This document shows positions 57,991 to 64,000 of a stretch of DNA of 64,000 bases, one piece after another; within the stretch, counting starts at the first letter, position 1; the number at the start of each line of letters is the position of its first letter. This DNA comes from the human T2T-CHM13v2.0 reference genome, Homo sapiens, in the NCBI RefSeq assembly GCF_009914755.1, contig NC_060926.1. One strand, 5' to 3'. The notes beneath the pieces were generated by a model. It was not told the origin of the DNA and made no database searches. It worked only from the letters and a program-made list of their open reading frames with translations. Position numbers and translations under genes: made by a program.

Positions 57991-59304
57991 TTTCCAGGGA
58001 TAGATTAACCATGTTATGTCAAAACATGGAAGAAAATAACTAAAGGCAGCATATTTGTAAGGGAAAATAATTAAAACTATTTGGAATGAGAGAAATATCT
58101 ATATATGAGAGTGAATTTACTATTTATAATTATGTTGGAGCCATTACATTTTTACACTGTACCTACTGCAAATCAGGAACGCCCCTCCACCTGGACAATC
58201 AGAGGTGGATATGTTTGCTTACAGCAGTCTGTTAGTCTATTAGCTTCTCTTCTGTGTGGGAGCAGCTCTCTGCAGTTTGTCTGAAGCTCTCTGGAAAAAT
58301 CTCTTTCTTGTGGCAGTGACAGAATAGAAGTCTCTTTTCTATGCCTTTTCCTAAGATTTTTTTTTCTTAAGCAGAGAATTTGGAGGACAATGAAGGTAAG
58401 ATGGAGAGCATTGAAGAACAAAGCCCAGAATTTGCTTTCAAGCCTTTGTGACCTTGAACTGACAGATATGGCCCTAAACTCTTTCCATTCATTGTTATAT
58501 TGAGAGACTTGTGTCATGGAGAGCTGAAGGGGCAGTCTAGGGTTACACAGAGAAGAACTGGAGAATGGCAGGTAATTTAATTCCCAAGCTGATGGCTTGA
58601 CTGTTGCCAGCGAACTAGTTTTGTGCAATGTGAAGGGGAGAATGACAGTGAGAGCGAGGAGTTAGCTGACAGAAACAAGGCAGCTCTGAATGACTGCTTG
58701 CTGGGATATTTAGAAAATAAAATGTAGAGTTCATTCAATGAAAACTGATGTTACCTACAATTATTTTCATTAGAAAAAGGAAGAAGAGGAAGAGCAGGAT
58801 GGGGAAGAAGAAGGAAAGAACTACTCAGCTAACAGAGCAAACTATTTAAACATTTTAATTTAATACATTTATATTAAATATCCATCTTAAATCACAAACT
58901 GGGATTAAGTGGGTCTGAACCACATTTTATCCTTGCTCGCCTCCTATTTTCCACTACCCAGGTAATGGGTTAATATAGAGTTGATAGTATTTCTGGTTTC
59001 CAAAAGGATAAATCCCAAACATCTCTGTGCCATTTTGTGCTGGCCTCAATTTACTTCTTCTATCTGGAATATTTCCCTCCACTGCTATTCCCTCCACTCA
59101 CTTCTACTCCCATTATCTGAATAATAGACACATATTTCCAGATTCAGCTCAAATGGTATCTTTATTTGCAAAGTTTACTAGTCCCCAAGAGGTAGGATTC
59201 ACCTGATCCCTTATGGGTTTGTGGTCTGTGTAGAATCATATCATAGCATTCATAGTCTTAAAGGACTTTATTTATTTACATGCCTATCTTCCTGTTTAAA
59301 ACAG

Positions 59305-59308
<4 letters not shown>

Positions 59309-59339
<31 letters not shown>

Positions 59340-59625
59340 AGACAGGTTCTCATTCTGTCATTCAGGCCAGAATGAAGTAGTCCAATCAGGGCTCACTGTA
59401 GCCTCCACCTCCTGAGATCAGGCAATCCTCCTAGCTCAGCCTCCTGAAGAGCAAGGACTACAGGCATGCACCACCATGCCCAGTTAATTTCTTTTTTATT
59501 TTTCTGTGGGGTCAGGGTCTCATTATATTGCCCAGGCTTGTTTAGAACTCCTGGCCTCAAGTGATCTTCCTGCCTTGGCCTCTCAAAAAGCTGCGATTAC
59601 AGGTGTGGAGCCACCACACTTGACC
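59309..59625 (-). mobile_element. AluJ inserted into an L2 (L2 about 59050-59730)
   Basis: AluJ-type gctcactgtagcctcc; TSD taaaaca(g/t)aagatt; poly-T of about 30. Confidence 0.88.
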
Positions 59626-60488
59626 TAAAACATAAGATTCTTCAGGGCAGGAGATATGCCTTTATTAATTATTTTATCTTCCACTCATACTCCAAAACCA
59701 GGCACATGGGTGATTTTCAAGGTTGGTTGAAAGTTACATTAGGTAAGGTAATGCAGTTTGGAAGCACACAAACTTGGTGTGATAATTGGCTGTGACACTT
59801 ACTCTCTGGATGATCATGAGTAAGTTACTTGGACTTTAATATTAGTCCTCTAATATGTAAAATGAGAAACATTCCACCATATTAATTTAATATGTAAATT
59901 ATTTAGTCAAATGGCTCAAATGGTAAGGACAATAATTGGTAGCTATATGGAATAAACAAATGAATGAGTCAACAACAACAACAACAAAAAACTAAAACTT
60001 ACATATGACTATACTGATTCTGCTACATAAATAACTCGGAAAAATATTTCCACCCACTATCAATAAGAATGTGTGTGGAATTATTTATCAGTATCATGGA
60101 TGGATTTGCACAACTTTTCTATAATTTTACACTACTTCTCTTGTGTCTAGGGACATACATTTTCATGGAGGCTGGTTGAGATTAACAGTGTAATTACTGT
60201 TGGTGGCAAAAAAATAATATATATTACCTATAGTAATCACTTGCAAAGTCTCATGGCCATCCTTGTAATGCAGTGGTCTCCAGTAAAATGATATTAGAGT
60301 AGGGGCAATACAATATTAGAACCTCTCTATTTGTATAACAACCGACATTAAGAATGTTAAAAAAATTAATCTTTATTTGACATTTACATATGCTCAGTTT
60401 AGGAAAGTAATGAATCATTTCTCTCTTTGCTAAGAAGACTCTGCTTAAGCAAAGTCTAAAGAGGGTTAGTTTAGGTGATAACCCTCCC

Positions 60489-60856
60489 TGTTAAAGACTT
60501 TATTGCATCCCCACAAAATGTATATGTTGAAGCTCTATCCTCAGTGTGACTGTATTTGGAGATTGAGTCTTAAAAGAGATAATTAAGTTGAATGAGGTCA
60601 TATGGGTGGATCCTAATCCAACAGGAAAGATATCCTTCTAAGAAAAAGAGACCATAGTGATGTACACACAGAAAAGACTGTGAGGACACAACAAAAAGGT
60701 GCCCATCTGCTAGCCATGGAGACCTCAGAAGAAACCAAACCTACTAACACCTTGATTTCGGATTTCTAAGCCTCCAGAGCTGTGAAAAATAATGTCTATT
60801 GTTTAAGATACCCAGCTTGTGGTATTCTGTTATGGGCCCTAGGAGACTAATATACT
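60489..60856 (+). mobile_element. MLT1B MaLR LTR
   Basis: aaaatgtatatgttgaagctcta...gtgtgactgtatttggaga...ctaggagactaatata. Confidence 0.82.
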
Positions 60857-61324
60857 CCCCCATATCAACTTACTTATTCAGGGCAGGATAAAGTACTGTA
60901 GAAAATATTAACAAGAGTCTGAGACATTTTTGAGGTCCAGTCTGAGAAGCAAAACGGGAGCCACTGAGAGAAAATTCACCTTACATTGAAGCAGGAGTGT
61001 GAATATTACCTTAACAATACATTCCAATTACCTACCTCCAAATTACTTACCTGGGTCTTGGTGCCTTCCATTACCCCTGCTACCACACTAGTCCAAGCTA
61101 TCATAGTCTCTCCCATGAACTCCTAAAGTTCTCCCCAACAGAGCAATTGGCACACAGTGCTGAATACTCCTTTTAAAATCTAAACTAGGTTCTATAACTC
61201 CTCTGTTTAACCCTTCAACTGGCTATGAAAGTGAAGTACTAAGGTTTTACTATAGTGGGTACATTGTTCAGGACCTTTCTCCCTTGATCCTCCTCTTTTC
61301 TGAATGAAGCTCCTGTCACTCTAG

Positions 61325-61680
<356 letters not shown>

Positions 61681-62570
61681 AAGGACTTTTTATTTGCTAT
61701 TTCATCTGCTTGGTAAGCTCTTCCTTAGAAATTTTCACACGGCTGATCTTTCTTGTCATCCAGATCTATGCTCAAATAGCATCTTCTCAGGAAAAGCCTC
61801 TGGGAAGCTCTCTTATTTTATTTCACACCATTTTTCTCTGTCTGACATTTTTGTATATATTTATGCATTTACTATCTTCCTCAACCAAATGCAACCTCCA
61901 TGAAGGCGGGGATTAGAGTGGCCTTTTTCACCTCTATCTTCAGCTCCCTGCAAAAGTATAACATAGATATATAATGATGAATTACTGCTCAATATTCTGG
62001 TGGAAATTCTGGTCTGGAAAAAATTGGGGCTAATACTGAATACGCCCCATATTTAGTCACTCTGGTGCCCAGGGCATGCTTTGGGCAAAAACAGCTATGT
62101 GTAAATGACAGAGAGAGAAAAAATTGAAAAGCTGACCACTTAGAATTATTATCCGCCAGAGCCTGGGCAGCTGTTTCATGGATTTTTCTCTTTAGTTTCA
62201 TTTTTATATCCTTAAGTAAGTGTGACGCTGGAGAACAGAACTTCCTCACTTTTTCCTCAAGTACCAATAGCACTTTGAGCTGCTGACATTGAGTTTCAGC
62301 AGTAAACCTGGAGCAGACTTGTACTGCTCCTTCTATGTCAGCCTTGGTAAATGGGGACATTTCTGAGTTTGGGTGCAAGCCTTCTACTAGGTAGTGAGGC
62401 CCGTCTGGAAGAGGGAGCACCTGAAGGTCAGAGATTAAGATTTCCTTCAGGATGTAGCCTTGGTTTCCTCTTGGAGATTGTAAACAATGGGAAGATCAAT
62501 TTTAAATCAAAGTAAGCAATTTTAATCACCCTGCAAAATCTCTGAGGCAAGTTACCTTAAGAAAAGATTG

Positions 62571-63215
<645 letters not shown>

Positions 63216-63555
63216 AGAGAAGATTGGACTTTCCGGCATTCTAGGCAGGTTGTGACTTGGAATCAAAGTAATGTGAATATTAATGAATATGATGTTATTT
63301 TGTCCTGATAGAATGGCAATCTCTGCACTCTCTGGTTATACCTCTTTAAATTCAACCAAGTGCTATGTCTATATTTTTTAGTAATTTTTTAATAACTTCT
63401 AGCCATTTCCAAAGGGGCCAGAAGGAGCCATAATAGACAATGAGTCAGTCAGAACCAACTATTCATAATTTTTTACTGCTAAGTTTCTGAGAGCTGCCTT
63501 GTACCAGATTGCCTTGTATCAGACCTTCCAGGTCTCTCTCTATGAACATAGCCAT

Positions 63556-64000
63556 TGAAGGGAATCAGGATATCCTCCCAAAACATGCCACTTTGGTAAA
63601 AGAATTATTTTGAGCTGAAGGCAATTGAGAATCAGCAAATGAAGGAAGAATTCTTTGCCTTCCTTTTTTCTACCTGAAAGTAGGGCGTAAATTTCCCTTT
63701 CTGAAGGTGATATAAATTTCCCTTGTGTAGGTGTTCTCTCTCCCATACCAGGAAAAGGAGAATGACTCATTCCCTGACAGTAGGCACTGAGATGAGTGTG
63801 CATAAACAAACTTTACTAAAATAACCCTTATCTTCCATTAATTCCCCCCATATATTTCCCACTCGCTTTCCCACAGTGGTCATCCTTTCAAGCCCAAACC
63901 CCCTTCCCTTTGTTAAAATGGTATTTAAGCCACAAGTCTCACTACTTCTTTGATATTTCCTTCTTTTCTGTGAATTCTATACACATAAAATATTAATAAA
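63556..64000 (+). mobile_element. ERV1 LTR, MER34 family-like, cut by the window end
   Basis: tgaagggaatcagga...catgccactttgg...attattttgagctgaaggcaattgaga. Confidence 0.65.

Noticed and set aside
61989-62420. 143-aa minus ORF as a new gene or LRP1B exon
   Set aside because: No LDLR-family motifs or recognisable domain, non-ATG start, and consistent with chance.

Overview
Human (primate) genomic DNA: AT-rich, CpG-poor and dense in repeats. The only real protein-coding sequence is three small internal exons on the minus strand (47845-47985, 42628-42753, 40960-41091). They splice in frame and encode the end of a YWTD beta-propeller, an EGF-like module and the start of the next propeller of LRP1B (probably exons 33-35; numbering from memory). 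The rest is LRP1B intron filled with Alu, L1, L2, MIR, MaLR/ERVL/ERV1 LTR elements and DNA transposons (Tigger3b, Charlie1a, MER5, MER20, MER53, MER81). The supplied ORF track contains only repeat-derived or chance ORFs and misses the true exons. I see no new gene system. The most unusual structure is at about 19.77-20.63 kb: a direct/inverted/direct triplication of a 108-bp unique segment interleaved with (TA)n arrays and perfect palindromes. It looks like a fossil of replication template switching. Other notable items are a tail-less L1 ORF2 fragment with a 15-bp TSD inside a two-LTR ERVL provirus, a near-perfect AluYa5, a candidate poison exon and several template-switch hairpins. Repeat subfamily names and boundaries come from recalled consensus sequences and are approximate.
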